A program made the translations under genes and the position numbers. From an uncultured Gammaproteobacteria bacterium (GTDB taxonomy: Bacteria; Cyanobacteriota; Vampirovibrionia; Gastranaerophilales; CAZEDP01), in NCBI GenBank assembly GCA_964643065.1, contig CAZXPD010000004.1, forward strand, positions 5,098 through 69,097: 64,000 bases of DNA, in the 5' to 3' direction. Positions 1-8,497 of the stretch are shown here, one piece after another (position 1 is the stretch's first letter; each line of letters opens with the position of its first letter). The notes under the pieces are model-generated. The model did no database searches, had not been told where the DNA came from, and was given only the letters and a program-made list of their open reading frames with translations.

Positions 1-155
1 TTTAAGAATTAGTAATATTAAAAACTTTTTCTGACAATTAAGAGCGTTAAATATTCACAAAAGCGAAATGCAGCATTGTGAAGAGCATATCGATTAATTA
101 ATAAAAGAAACCGATATCCAAATAGTTTAAAATTACAAGATTATCTAATTCTCAG

Positions 156-209
156 CCCCAATAGATAGCGTAAATAAACCCCAATAGCCGATTTAAATAA
201 CCCGCTTAC
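156..209. repeat. Shared 3' junction of toxin/immunity arrays (partner copy 10513..10566)
   Basis: Contains an exact 26-bp match, ccccaatagatagcgtaaataaaccc. Similarity continues through cccgcttac into the stop-codon region of the last immunity gene in both loci. Confidence 0.7.
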
Positions 210-511
210 TTCAAATTATACTTACTAGCCAATACATCAAGAACGCTTTTCGTTCTTTTTCTTAACTCATTTTCATCAATAAGACTTGGATGATCTCTTA
301 TTTCAGGATCAGGCTCATAATATGCAATACCCATTCTAACTTGATTCAAATACTCATATACATTGTGATTGTAACCAAAAATCTTGTCCACATAATCTTC
401 AAGATAATCCTCATAGTTGATTACAAACTCATCTATATCAATTTTATTATTCAAAAAATCATTAGCCATTTTTATCAAAAATTGAATATGGTTCATTGCT
501 TCACTTGTCAT
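206..511 (-). CDS. Small cytoplasmic immunity-type protein, copy 3 of a tandem triplet
   Basis: Track ORF 206..529 starts at GTG. I prefer ATG 511 because all four paralogs align from M-T-(S/N)-(E/D)-A and AGGA lies about 8 nt upstream. Conserved blocks are NDFL(N/G)N(K/R)IDI(D/N)EF and RK(R/E)TK(S/R)VLD(V/I)LA(N/S)KYNL(R/K). The FLxxxIxxxEF block recalls colicin-D-immunity-like proteins (from memory, not searched). Confidence 0.6.
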   Translation of the reverse strand: MTSEAMNHIQFLIKMANDFLNNKIDIDEFVINYEDYLEDYVDKIFGYNHNVYEYLNQVRMGIAYYEPDPEIRDHPSLIDENELRKRTKSVLDVLASKYNLK

Positions 512-525
512 ATTTGGTATCCTAG

Positions 526-831
526 TCACCTGAGATTATACTTATTAGCCAATACATCAAGAACCCTTTTCGTTTCCTTTCTCACTCCATCCTCATCAAG
601 CAAACATGGCAAATCTCGAGCTTCAGGAATTGATTCATAGTACTCAACACCCATATATATATGATCAAGATATTCATAAACTACCTTATTGTATTCTAAA
701 ATTTCTTTTGAGTGATTTTCAAAATAATCTTGATATTCAATATCAAATTCATTTATATCAATTCTATTATTCAAAAAATCATTAGCGATGTTTATTAAAA
801 ATTTTATATGATTCATTGCGTCACTTGTCAT
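526..831 (-). CDS. Small cytoplasmic immunity-type protein, copy 2 of a tandem triplet
   Basis: Paralog of 206..511 and 846..1151 with the same length and conserved blocks. Separated from each neighbour by 14 nt. Confidence 0.6.
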   Translation of the reverse strand: MTSDAMNHIKFLINIANDFLNNRIDINEFDIEYQDYFENHSKEILEYNKVVYEYLDHIYMGVEYYESIPEARDLPCLLDEDGVRKETKRVLDVLANKYNLR

Positions 832-845
832 ATTTGGTATCCTAG

Positions 846-1151
846 TCACCTGAGATTATATTTATTAGCCAATACATCAAGGACACTTTTAGTCCTCTTC
901 CTCACGCCGTCTTCATCAAGAAAGTACGGGCGATCCCTAGCCTCGGGAATAGATTCATAATTTGCAATTCCCATTCTTATCTGCGCAAGAAATTCATATA
1001 TTTCTTTACTATAATTGTGGATAACTTCTGTATAATCTACAAAATAATTCTCAAACTCAATACAAAATTCATCTATATCAATTTTATTACCCAGAAAATC
1101 ATTCGACATATTTATTAAATAATGTATGTGCTTTATTGCTTCATTTGTCAT
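846..1151 (-). CDS. Small cytoplasmic immunity-type protein, copy 1, directly downstream of orphan toxin module 1163..1846
   Basis: ATG 1151 lies 11 nt after the stop of 1163..1846, with GAGGA upstream. DNA 855..1151 matches 10572..10868 with 2 mismatches in 297 bp by manual alignment. Confidence 0.65.
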   Translation of the reverse strand: MTNEAIKHIHYLINMSNDFLGNKIDIDEFCIEFENYFVDYTEVIHNYSKEIYEFLAQIRMGIANYESIPEARDRPYFLDEDGVRKRTKSVLDVLANKYNLR

Positions 1152-1162
1152 ATTTATTTTCC

Positions 1163-1846
1163 TCATTTCTTCAAAATCCATTGCAATTTTATCTTTTTTG
1201 TGTTGATTGCATTAACAATCTCACCTGTATATCTATCAATAATTACAGCCACATTATCAGCATAACGGACATAATTATTTTCAATAGGATCATAATATAA
1301 ATCACCCTTTTTTAAAACTTCAAGAATTTTTTCTGTCGAACTGATTTTACCCTGATTAATACGTTGCACAATTCTTGACACTGCATGACGATTTACCAAA
1401 TAACCGTTATTTTTCAAAGTATAATATGTTCTATAAAGTTTTTCTTTGTAAAGAGACGGATTTGAAGGTTTACCTTTGTATACTTTGGGCATTTGAGCAA
1501 CTCTTTCTTCTATAAATTTTATTATTGCTTTTTCCGAGAGCCTCTCATATACGTTTCGGATTGATGGAGTTCTAGCCAAAGCCCCTTGTCCCATTTTGCC
1601 AATAACAGGTAGAGCTTTCGCAATAGCCTGTTCTTCAATACTTGGAACTCCGGCAAAACTTGCGGAATAAAGTCCGTAGTTTATTACATCGTTCACAGTT
1701 GCTTCTCGTGATTGCTGTGTTCCGGTTTTCCAATCATAAGAAAGCGGTCTAAATCCTTTTAATCCGGCATTATTTGAAGATTGAGCATTCCCGCCGCCAC
1801 CGCCATAATTATTAACGCCCTCCTCAAACTGTCCATTCTCAGCCAT
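1163..1846 (-). CDS. Orphan toxin C-terminal module (possible BECR/DUF4258-like RNase fold)
   Basis: The N-terminal MAENGQFEEGVNNYGGGGGNA matches the Gly hinge of 3382..5082. The DNA handle 1784..1849 equals 4129..4194 with 2 mismatches in 66 bp. The C-terminal pattern NRHAVSRIVQR...ILEVLKKG...VAVIIDRYTGEIVNAI resembles the HAxxRxxxR(8-12 aa)I..vL..G...vVv....g.IiT layout of DUF4258/RelE-like toxins (from memory). Confidence 0.55.
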   Translation of the reverse strand: MAENGQFEEGVNNYGGGGGNAQSSNNAGLKGFRPLSYDWKTGTQQSREATVNDVINYGLYSASFAGVPSIEEQAIAKALPVIGKMGQGALARTPSIRNVYERLSEKAIIKFIEERVAQMPKVYKGKPSNPSLYKEKLYRTYYTLKNNGYLVNRHAVSRIVQRINQGKISSTEKILEVLKKGDLYYDPIENNYVRYADNVAVIIDRYTGEIVNAINTKKIKLQWILKK

Positions 1847-1849
1847 ATT
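1784..1849. repeat. 66-bp recombination handle (partner 4129..4194) encoding the Gly hinge
   Basis: Manual alignment gives 64 of 66 identical bases. The flanks diverge completely on the C-terminal-coding side. Confidence 0.75.
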
Positions 1850-1895
1850 TTCAAATACGCTCTTTTTTAGTTGTAGAATTTCTTATTTAATTGCA

Positions 1896-2420
1896 TCAAA
1901 AAGCTATTTTAATCGACACAAGGAGCATAACGGTATAAAAAACAGGAATCAAAAATAATGTTATTAAGGATTTTTTGTATTGCATGACATACAATTGATA
2001 CAAGCCAACTAAAAGCATCAAACTTGTAAAATATAGAAACCAACTGAAAAAATAACTTGTAACAATCCAATCATCAGTAAACCCTCTTGCCGTGATATTT
2101 ATAACTCTTCTATATAAGAAATCAGAAAGCAATAACAAGAAAAGCACTATAGACGTTGAGATGGCAGGTATTTTCCAGCTATTAATTATTTGTCTAACTT
2201 TTTCTTTAAACTTTATATTTCCAGTGTATTTATACATTACAAAAATTAAAATATAAAAAAGACCAACTTCAGTAAACACATTATTGAAAAACTTGCTTAA
2301 AATGGTGTTGTTTTGAGTATCGCTAAGAAGGAAGAATACAAAGAATGATAAGTTGTAAAGCAAAATAAACAATATTTGCGGAAAACACAAATTATTCAAT
2401 TTATCACTCATTTTAATCAT
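1896..2420 (-). CDS. Multi-pass membrane protein, candidate immunity partner of module 2420..2779
   Basis: 174 aa with about 5 hydrophobic segments. Its start ATG shares one base with the TAA of the upstream ORF (TAATG coupling). Confidence 0.5.
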   Translation of the reverse strand: MIKMSDKLNNLCFPQILFILLYNLSFFVFFLLSDTQNNTILSKFFNNVFTEVGLFYILIFVMYKYTGNIKFKEKVRQIINSWKIPAISTSIVLFLLLLSDFLYRRVINITARGFTDDWIVTSYFFSWFLYFTSLMLLVGLYQLYVMQYKKSLITLFLIPVFYTVMLLVSIKIAF

Positions 2421-2779
2421 TACCTGTTCTTAGTTATCTTATTCAGCTCCGATTTATCTACTTTTATATCTATAAGGATGTAATAATTCTTTATTTCTTT
2501 GAGTAACTGTAGAAAAAATGCTAAATTGTTTGTTGTTGTAAATATGGGATCAGCTTTGTATCTCTGTATTTTTTCTAATTTAAAATCATACTTGTCATAA
2601 ATAATAGCAGAAAAATTGCCATTTTTGTCAATGTGCGGATATAGAACTGTAGCATCATGAATGCTTCCAAACCAATCCCTATCTTTGTTTTTATCAAATG
2701 TAATTGAATTTCCATAATAATTGCTTAGGAAATGATGTTTTTGAAGCCATTCAGGAACATCATTAGTAAAAGTGTACAT
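2420..2779 (-). CDS. Stand-alone or truncated copy of the DxYDF C-terminal domain (orphan fragment)
   Basis: NSITFDK...GSIHDATVLYPHIDKNGNFSAIIYDKYDF...KNYYILIDI aligns with the last ~115 aa of 14138..15796, 12512..13336 and 3382..5082. It lacks the upstream (S/P)DC segment that the other three have. Confidence 0.5.
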   Translation of the reverse strand: MYTFTNDVPEWLQKHHFLSNYYGNSITFDKNKDRDWFGSIHDATVLYPHIDKNGNFSAIIYDKYDFKLEKIQRYKADPIFTTTNNLAFFLQLLKEIKNYYILIDIKVDKSELNKITKNR

Positions 2780-2788
2780 CCAAAACTC

Positions 2789-3367
2789 TTAGCCATACAA
2801 GAGATCGAGTCCCAAATACATATCAAGACAAAACAATACTAAAGTTAAAAGTAAAAGTAAAATTGCTTTGCCGAATTTTTTTTTATATAGCTGATAGAAA
2901 CTGGCAAGTAGCATCAATTCAAAAAAATAGAATGTCCAAATACCACTAATGTTTAAAAGATCACTTTGCACTAAAAATATTTCATTTGGAGATTTATTTA
3001 ACATAAAGCGGGATTTTTCGTTATATGCTAAGTAAAAACATAGAACTTCATATAACACAAGCAAGGTAGTCGGTTGCCACCAAACGTTAAAAAATCTCAT
3101 TATTATATTTTTAACGTGTTCTTTATCTGTAAATTTATAAATCAGCCAAATAAAGAGCCCCGAAAGAACCAATCCGACTCCCAATAATTCAATATCCAAA
3201 TCCATTTTATTAAATCTGTTAAACCAAAGATTATCCACTAAAAGACTGTCAACTAAAACTAAAAATTCCGATGAGACATAAGGAATAACAAAAAATATGG
3301 CAAACAACTCAAGATTTAAATATTTTTTGAAGAATTTAAACATTCTCATTTTATAGCATCTAAGCAA
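2789..3367 (-). CDS. Multi-pass membrane protein, candidate immunity partner of 3382..5082
   Basis: 192 aa with 4-5 hydrophobic segments, starting 14 nt after the toxin stop. Paralog of 10910..11488, with near-identical ends and two divergent patches. Confidence 0.55.
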   Translation of the reverse strand: MLRCYKMRMFKFFKKYLNLELFAIFFVIPYVSSEFLVLVDSLLVDNLWFNRFNKMDLDIELLGVGLVLSGLFIWLIYKFTDKEHVKNIIMRFFNVWWQPTTLLVLYEVLCFYLAYNEKSRFMLNKSPNEIFLVQSDLLNISGIWTFYFFELMLLASFYQLYKKKFGKAILLLLLTLVLFCLDMYLGLDLLYG

Positions 3368-3381
3368 TCCTTTGCCAATAT

Positions 3382-5082
3382 TTACTCTAGAATTTCTATA
3401 ATAAATATATAATTTTCTAACAAAGCAAAATTCTGAAGATAATAGGCAATATTATTAATCGCATTAGTTCTAGTTTTGTAAAAATCTTTAAATAGATACT
3501 TTGACACGTCTAATTTATGAAAATCATAAATATCAGAAATCACAACAGAATAATGACCTTTGCTATTCAATTTCACGTTATTTACTGTTACTTTACCAAG
3601 ACTCAGATGTAAATCCTGAGTTTTGTCAAATGAAATTGAATTAGGTGCCGAACCCGTTTTGAGTTTAGCAAGGAATTCCCTAAACTCGACTGACTGTTTT
3701 ACAGCTCGTGAAATTCTACTGTTTGGAGAATATTGCAAAACCTTTAATCTTTTGATATTGCCATTTTTGTCCCAAGTATCTATTGTTTGATCAAGCAATT
3801 TGCAGTCAGGAGTGCTAGACAAATCCTCAAGTTTGTTGATTGAATGTTTCATAAATTCGTATGTCAATGGTCTATAATTATTTTCTATATTGAATTTATA
3901 ATTAACTGCATTAAGCTTAGCTTTGATCTGAGCGTTGGTATTTTCTGTTATATTGGAGTTTGAATTTATCTCCTCATTGTACGGTCGCACATTTGGTTTT
4001 ATATTATCAAAATATGTCTGTTTATAAGAGGGCATACTTGCTATATTTTGATAAGGATCGGCAATATAAGGTTTTTCAGTTGCATATCCCTGTAAAGGGT
4101 TGCTATTGTTTCGACTTTCAGCCTGATTAGCATTCCCGCCGCCACCGCCATAATTATTAACACCCTCCTCAAACTGTTCATTCTCAGCCATATTCTCATA
4201 ACTGTTTATTTTGGCCATATTTTGCTGATACGATTCTTTTTTAGCCGTATATTTAGACCAAAGTTTTTTATGAACAGATTGATTATTATTTGTGGCTATT
4301 TCATTTTCAAGCTTGTCAAGATTAGTCTTTTGTTTAGACAGCGATACTTTAGCTTTATCTATTGCATTTTTCAGATTTCCTTTTGAAGCATCTAAATGAT
4401 GCGAATAGTTTGACACAGCCCCGGATGATTGAACTCCGCCCTCGTACTGTCCATTTTGTCCACCTGATTTTTGAGAAGTAAGTTTTTTAATGGAACTCAT
4501 CAGTTGCATGATTTGCTCTATCTTTTTCAAATCATTATTAACTTCCTCATCGACAGGGTCAGGCGCCGGACTGGGTTCAGGTTCTGGAGTAGGCTCGGGT
4601 TCCGGTTTAGGCTGAGGTTCTCCCTGCCCATCCGGTGGCAGCTTTCCATTATCAGGCGATTTTGGAAACTCGACTATTATCACTTTGCCCTTTAAGACTT
4701 TACCCTCAGGATTATTAGGGTCGGGATTAGGAGGGTTTTGATTTTGGTCGGAGTTAGGATCATTGTCAGGATTAGGATTTCCGTCTTCATCCGGTGACAT
4801 CCCCTGATAATCCCCATTTGATTGTCTGATTGGAGCAGACCTGTAATGTTCTCTGACATCAGTCCCGTCATCTTTTGTATAGGCGCTTACGTGAACAACT
4901 CCACAGCTTTCTTTTAAATCGCTTTCAGATGGTATTCCGATTACACCCAGTTGATAATCAATAGCTTTCTCATTAGCCGCAAATTCAGCCCTCGGCATTT
5001 TCGCGATTTCCTCTCTTGTGAATATTTTATTTGAATTATTTAATTTCGGGTTTGCATACCCCGAATAATTTCTTTTATCCAT
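3382..5082 (-). CDS. Modular polymorphic-toxin-like protein A (conserved N-domain, PE-rich linker, helical region, Gly hinge, DxYDF-family C-terminal domain)
   Basis: Start moved to ATG 5082 (the track uses TTG 5088). The N-terminal ~85 aa are about 85-90 percent identical to 14138..15796, including VHVSAYTKDDGT(D/N)VREHYRSAP. The linker is PQPKPEPEPTPEPEPSPAPDP and the hinge is NNYGGGGGN. No signal peptide was seen. Confidence 0.7.
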   Translation of the reverse strand: MDKRNYSGYANPKLNNSNKIFTREEIAKMPRAEFAANEKAIDYQLGVIGIPSESDLKESCGVVHVSAYTKDDGTDVREHYRSAPIRQSNGDYQGMSPDEDGNPNPDNDPNSDQNQNPPNPDPNNPEGKVLKGKVIIVEFPKSPDNGKLPPDGQGEPQPKPEPEPTPEPEPSPAPDPVDEEVNNDLKKIEQIMQLMSSIKKLTSQKSGGQNGQYEGGVQSSGAVSNYSHHLDASKGNLKNAIDKAKVSLSKQKTNLDKLENEIATNNNQSVHKKLWSKYTAKKESYQQNMAKINSYENMAENEQFEEGVNNYGGGGGNANQAESRNNSNPLQGYATEKPYIADPYQNIASMPSYKQTYFDNIKPNVRPYNEEINSNSNITENTNAQIKAKLNAVNYKFNIENNYRPLTYEFMKHSINKLEDLSSTPDCKLLDQTIDTWDKNGNIKRLKVLQYSPNSRISRAVKQSVEFREFLAKLKTGSAPNSISFDKTQDLHLSLGKVTVNNVKLNSKGHYSVVISDIYDFHKLDVSKYLFKDFYKTRTNAINNIAYYLQNFALLENYIFIIEILE

Positions 5083-5109
5083 GATCAACTCAATTCCTAT
5101 TATTTCTTG

Positions 5110-5829
5110 TTAAACATCCGTTCTGAAAAATTCTTCTATCATTGCTGAATTACAATCATTTCCTTTCTCAAACACAATCCTTCCTTCGGCGTCTCCGCCA
5201 TAGCCGTCCTGTCTTTGCATTTCAAGCAGATATTCAAGGAATTTTTCTCTTGTATATTTATATTTTTCGTCAGGTTTATAATTTTGCCTGTAAAGAGACG
5301 CAGTTCCCCACTCAATTACTTTTATGAACTTCTCGGGAATAAGAGGGACATCCGTTTCATCTGCGAGGTTCTCTTTTTCTTCTGTTTTATCTGCATTGAA
5401 TGCACAGTTTTGTGTCAAAAATTTTATTTGAACGGAATAAGAACTCTCCGGTGTCGGATCAAGTATTAATTTCCCGCCGAAAATCGAATATCTTAAGGGT
5501 TTACCGCTTCCTTCGGAAAGTTTATCGAGATCGCTGTGTTTTACAAAATAAAGCGGCAGAAGAGCTTCTTCAATTCTGACTCCGTCTTTCAAGATACTGC
5601 TTAATTCTACACTTTGCGAAATATCATACTCTTTTTGTTCAGCTGTTGTTTGGAAAGTATATTTTCTTTCCCTGAAAGAAAAAGGAAATCTCAAACATAC
5701 TTCGCCCAGTGTGTCTTTAATGTACTGTTTAATTTCAGGATAGGGCGAATTATCATCGGCAAAATTAACCGGCGGCTCCTCATGAACCAGCACACAAACA
5801 TTTTTCAATATATCGTAAAAATTACTCAT
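5110..5829 (-). CDS. Phage virion structural protein (possible head-tail adaptor)
   Basis: 239 aa, co-oriented and downstream of the capsid module. The assignment rests on position and size only. Confidence 0.35.
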   Translation of the reverse strand: MSNFYDILKNVCVLVHEEPPVNFADDNSPYPEIKQYIKDTLGEVCLRFPFSFRERKYTFQTTAEQKEYDISQSVELSSILKDGVRIEEALLPLYFVKHSDLDKLSEGSGKPLRYSIFGGKLILDPTPESSYSVQIKFLTQNCAFNADKTEEKENLADETDVPLIPEKFIKVIEWGTASLYRQNYKPDEKYKYTREKFLEYLLEMQRQDGYGGDAEGRIVFEKGNDCNSAMIEEFFRTDV

Positions 5830-5962
5830 TATAATTTCCTTTCAACAGTTGTTATTCATATTTTGTGAATTATAGATTTGTTCTTTGTTATTTTGAATGT
5901 TTATTTACCTTAAATATTAATTTTGCTAAGATTAACGTAATTTCTAATCAAATTATTCTTAA

Positions 5963-6682
5963 ATGAAAAAAATATTTTTAACTTTATTTATAATTTTTAT
6001 TTACGGCAATTTTGCTTTGTCTCAAGAGCTAAATAATAGTTATTTACAAGCAGGCAATGATTTCTATAACAGCGGAAAGTACGATTCAGCCATAAAATCA
6101 TATAAAAAGGCTTTAAAAAAAGATAATAATAATTTCAAAATATTTTATGACTTAGGGTTGGCATATACTAAAAAAGGGATGATAAAACAAGCTGTTTTAA
6201 GTTACCAAAAAGCTATCGAAATGAACCCTTCTGATGATTTAACATACAATAATCTTGGTTCTTTGTATTTCAGAAAAAAGAATTTTAATAAAGCAATAGA
6301 TAGTTACAAAAAGGCTATTGAGATAAATCCTTCATTAAATATGGCGGTTGAAAATTTGGCTAATACATATTTTGAAATAAAGTCGATTGAATTAGCTTTC
6401 GATAATTTTAAAAAATTACCGGATTCTTATTCAATGGCTTCTTGGTCGCTCAATAAGCTTTCAGCTATTTACATTATCAAAGGTGATTACACATCTGCTA
6501 TCAGCATTTATAAAAAAATGATTGAACGTGAACCTAATTCCGAAATAAATTATTTCAATTTGGCTACTATTTTTGAAATAGTTGGCTTACAAGACTTAGC
6601 CGTTCAAAATTACCAAAAAGCTCTTGAAATCAATCCTCATTATATCCAGGCAAGTGAACAGCTAATAAAAATCAGAAATTGA
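5963..6682 (+). CDS. Secreted TPR-repeat protein
   Basis: N-terminal signal-like segment MKKIFLTLFIIFIYGNFALS, followed by repeated 34-aa units with A..Y.KA(L/I)(E/K).(N/D)P. Confidence 0.85.
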   Translation: MKKIFLTLFIIFIYGNFALSQELNNSYLQAGNDFYNSGKYDSAIKSYKKALKKDNNNFKIFYDLGLAYTKKGMIKQAVLSYQKAIEMNPSDDLTYNNLGSLYFRKKNFNKAIDSYKKAIEINPSLNMAVENLANTYFEIKSIELAFDNFKKLPDSYSMASWSLNKLSAIYIIKGDYTSAISIYKKMIEREPNSEINYFNLATIFEIVGLQDLAVQNYQKALEINPHYIQASEQLIKIRN

Positions 6683-6687
6683 TTAAT

Positions 6688-7074
6688 TTAAGCACGCGTG
6701 CTGCCACTATCGATCAGTGGGTATTTAGGATCATCAAGATATATATGTTTCCAGTTTCCATTTATATATATTTCAATATACGGACCGTATTCATCCTTAT
6801 CTATCCGCCAATCGCCGTCTTTTGGTTTATCATCTTTAGTTTCAGCATTAACTTCTTTCCCATTTTTTAAAGATAAAGATAATGACGATATATCATTTTG
6901 TATGCTATTTATTGAATTCCTTTGTTCCATATATTGTTGGTAAAATTTATTATAATTATTATTTTTATCAGCTTCTACAAGGTCATTTAATAAACTGTTA
7001 GCTTTGTCCTTTTCTGATTTAATAAGTGCCATCTTATTGTTTAAGAGATTCTGCAAATTATAAGTTTGAAACAT
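6688..7074 (-). CDS. Hypothetical phage-cluster protein
   Basis: The track ORF runs to 7191 but would overlap 7115..7426 by 77 nt. The internal ATG at 7074 has AAGGAG about 10 nt upstream. Confidence 0.5.
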   Translation of the reverse strand: MFQTYNLQNLLNNKMALIKSEKDKANSLLNDLVEADKNNNYNKFYQQYMEQRNSINSIQNDISSLSLSLKNGKEVNAETKDDKPKDGDWRIDKDEYGPYIEIYINGNWKHIYLDDPKYPLIDSGSTRA

Positions 7075-7114
7075 ATATGCTATTCTCCTTTTTAAATATT
7101 TTGCTTTTTGTTTG

Positions 7115-7426
7115 TCAAACCATCTCAACCCTGTGATCAAAGCGAATAATATAATCCTCTGTATATTTGACCATATTTTCTGCCTGCTCACCGTTTACAT
7201 ATGTTTCGGTTTTGTTTTTTCTGTTAAAGACCTTGTATATACTATTTTTATCGTATTTTTTATCAGGCGCTATTTTGTTGATATCGGTTATTTTCAGCGG
7301 AGAAAGTTTCTTTTCTTTCAATTCTCTTGCTTCTGCTATTTCGGCATCAAGACCGGAAACAATTTCCATTTCATAATCATCGGCATTATCCAATAATTGT
7401 TTTTCTATTTCATTATAATCATTCAT
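7115..7426 (-). CDS. Hypothetical phage-cluster protein
   Basis: 103-aa acidic ORF immediately downstream of the capsid terminator. Confidence 0.5.
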   Translation of the reverse strand: MNDYNEIEKQLLDNADDYEMEIVSGLDAEIAEARELKEKKLSPLKITDINKIAPDKKYDKNSIYKVFNRKNKTETYVNGEQAENMVKYTEDYIIRFDHRVEMV

Positions 7427-7444
7427 ATAATATCCTCGAATTAA

Positions 7445-7485
7445 TTTTTAAAGAAAGCCGGACGGCGGATTTCAACGCCGTCCGG
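7445..7485 (-). terminator. Rho-independent-type terminator or attenuator after the major capsid gene
   Basis: Perfect 10-bp GC stem (ccggacggcg 7458..7467 with cgccgtccgg 7476..7485) and an 8-nt loop. It is followed on the minus strand by the T-rich ctttctttaaaaatt. Confidence 0.6.
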
Positions 7486-7509
7486 ACAACAACCCCAACA
7501 GAAACGAAA

Positions 7510-8352
7510 CTATGATATAGTGCAAATTAATTTTGCCAGTGCATTGGGCACAACTGTTTTTGCTCCGTATACATAAAGCCCTCTTACGGCTGTGTCGAAA
7601 GAATCCTGAAGCCTGATTGATTCAACTTCAACAACCTGAGAGGCAAAGGTAACGGCATTGTTTGTTCCGGCAAGCACATAATATTTTCCTGCCGTAGCAT
7701 CGAAGTTAGTGCATACCAAAACGTCCAAACCGGCAATCTTTCCGATAGAACCTTCTCTCAAGGTATTATCGCCGGATTGAGTGGCGTGGATGAATTCCGG
7801 AGCCTGTATTAAAAGAGCTTCAATATCAGGATTAATGACAATCCAGGGTTTTTGACCTTTTGTGATAGCGTTAGCCTTTTTAAGAGCTTTTGCCATAGCT
7901 ACAAAATTCGAATAAATATTGTCTTTTGTCAGTTCAATCGGCGTTCCTTCTGAGCCTACGACATTTTCACTCGGAACATCGGCATGTTTTGCGAGTAAAA
8001 AACCGTCTTTAGCGAGGTCAATAGCAACACGGGCTCTTTCAAGATAACCGCTCATGATGTTGATATTTGACTGAGCTTTGGAAACATCGTCAACCTTGAA
8101 TGCAAAGTATTTTTTCTGGTCAATTAACAATGTTTGTAAGGGCGAAGTCAAATCATCATAAGTGATTGAACCGGCATATGTTTTAACGGTAACATTGCCG
8201 AAAGAACGGATGTATACCGTGTCGCCGGAATTTTTTATGTCCCCTTCAAAATCCCTGTTGATGCACTGCATCATAACGCCGGATTTGTCAAGAAGTGTGG
8301 TCAATTTTTTCGACCAAATTTCCGGGACAAAATTTGTTAAGTCATTAGCCAT
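7510..8352 (-). CDS. Major capsid protein (HK97 fold, P22-coat-like small type)
   Basis: 280 aa directly downstream of the scaffold-like ORF. The N-terminal FVPEIWSKK...NRDFEGDIK..GDTV pattern is typical of this capsid family (from memory). Confidence 0.7.
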   Translation of the reverse strand: MANDLTNFVPEIWSKKLTTLLDKSGVMMQCINRDFEGDIKNSGDTVYIRSFGNVTVKTYAGSITYDDLTSPLQTLLIDQKKYFAFKVDDVSKAQSNINIMSGYLERARVAIDLAKDGFLLAKHADVPSENVVGSEGTPIELTKDNIYSNFVAMAKALKKANAITKGQKPWIVINPDIEALLIQAPEFIHATQSGDNTLREGSIGKIAGLDVLVCTNFDATAGKYYVLAGTNNAVTFASQVVEVESIRLQDSFDTAVRGLYVYGAKTVVPNALAKLICTIS

Positions 8353-8497
8353 AGTTTTTTCCTTTCAAGCTAATCAGCTGGTATTTGTAGTAACGTGAAT
8401 GTATCAAGAACCTGAGATTAATTAGGAATTTGCATTAGACAGACAAAGTAAACCGGCCGGTAACATCCTGACCGGTTATGCAAAAAAATAATTTTTG

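Noticed and set aside
4471-4695. 74-aa plus-strand ORF
   Set aside because: It is antisense to the Pro/Glu-rich linker of toxin protein A. The Arg/Phe-rich product is a complement artefact of GC-rich PEP codons.
3382-5082. Assignment of the large modular proteins to MuF/SPP1-gp7 polymorphic toxins
   Set aside because: The gene position after the portal is suggestive. However, I cannot recognise MuF-domain motifs in the N-terminal 300 aa, so the call is left as an unknown N-domain pending an HMM search.
8440-8470. The hairpin aaccgg...ccggtt downstream of the scaffold gene as a terminator
   Set aside because: There is no T-run following it on either strand, and the stem is short (6 bp).
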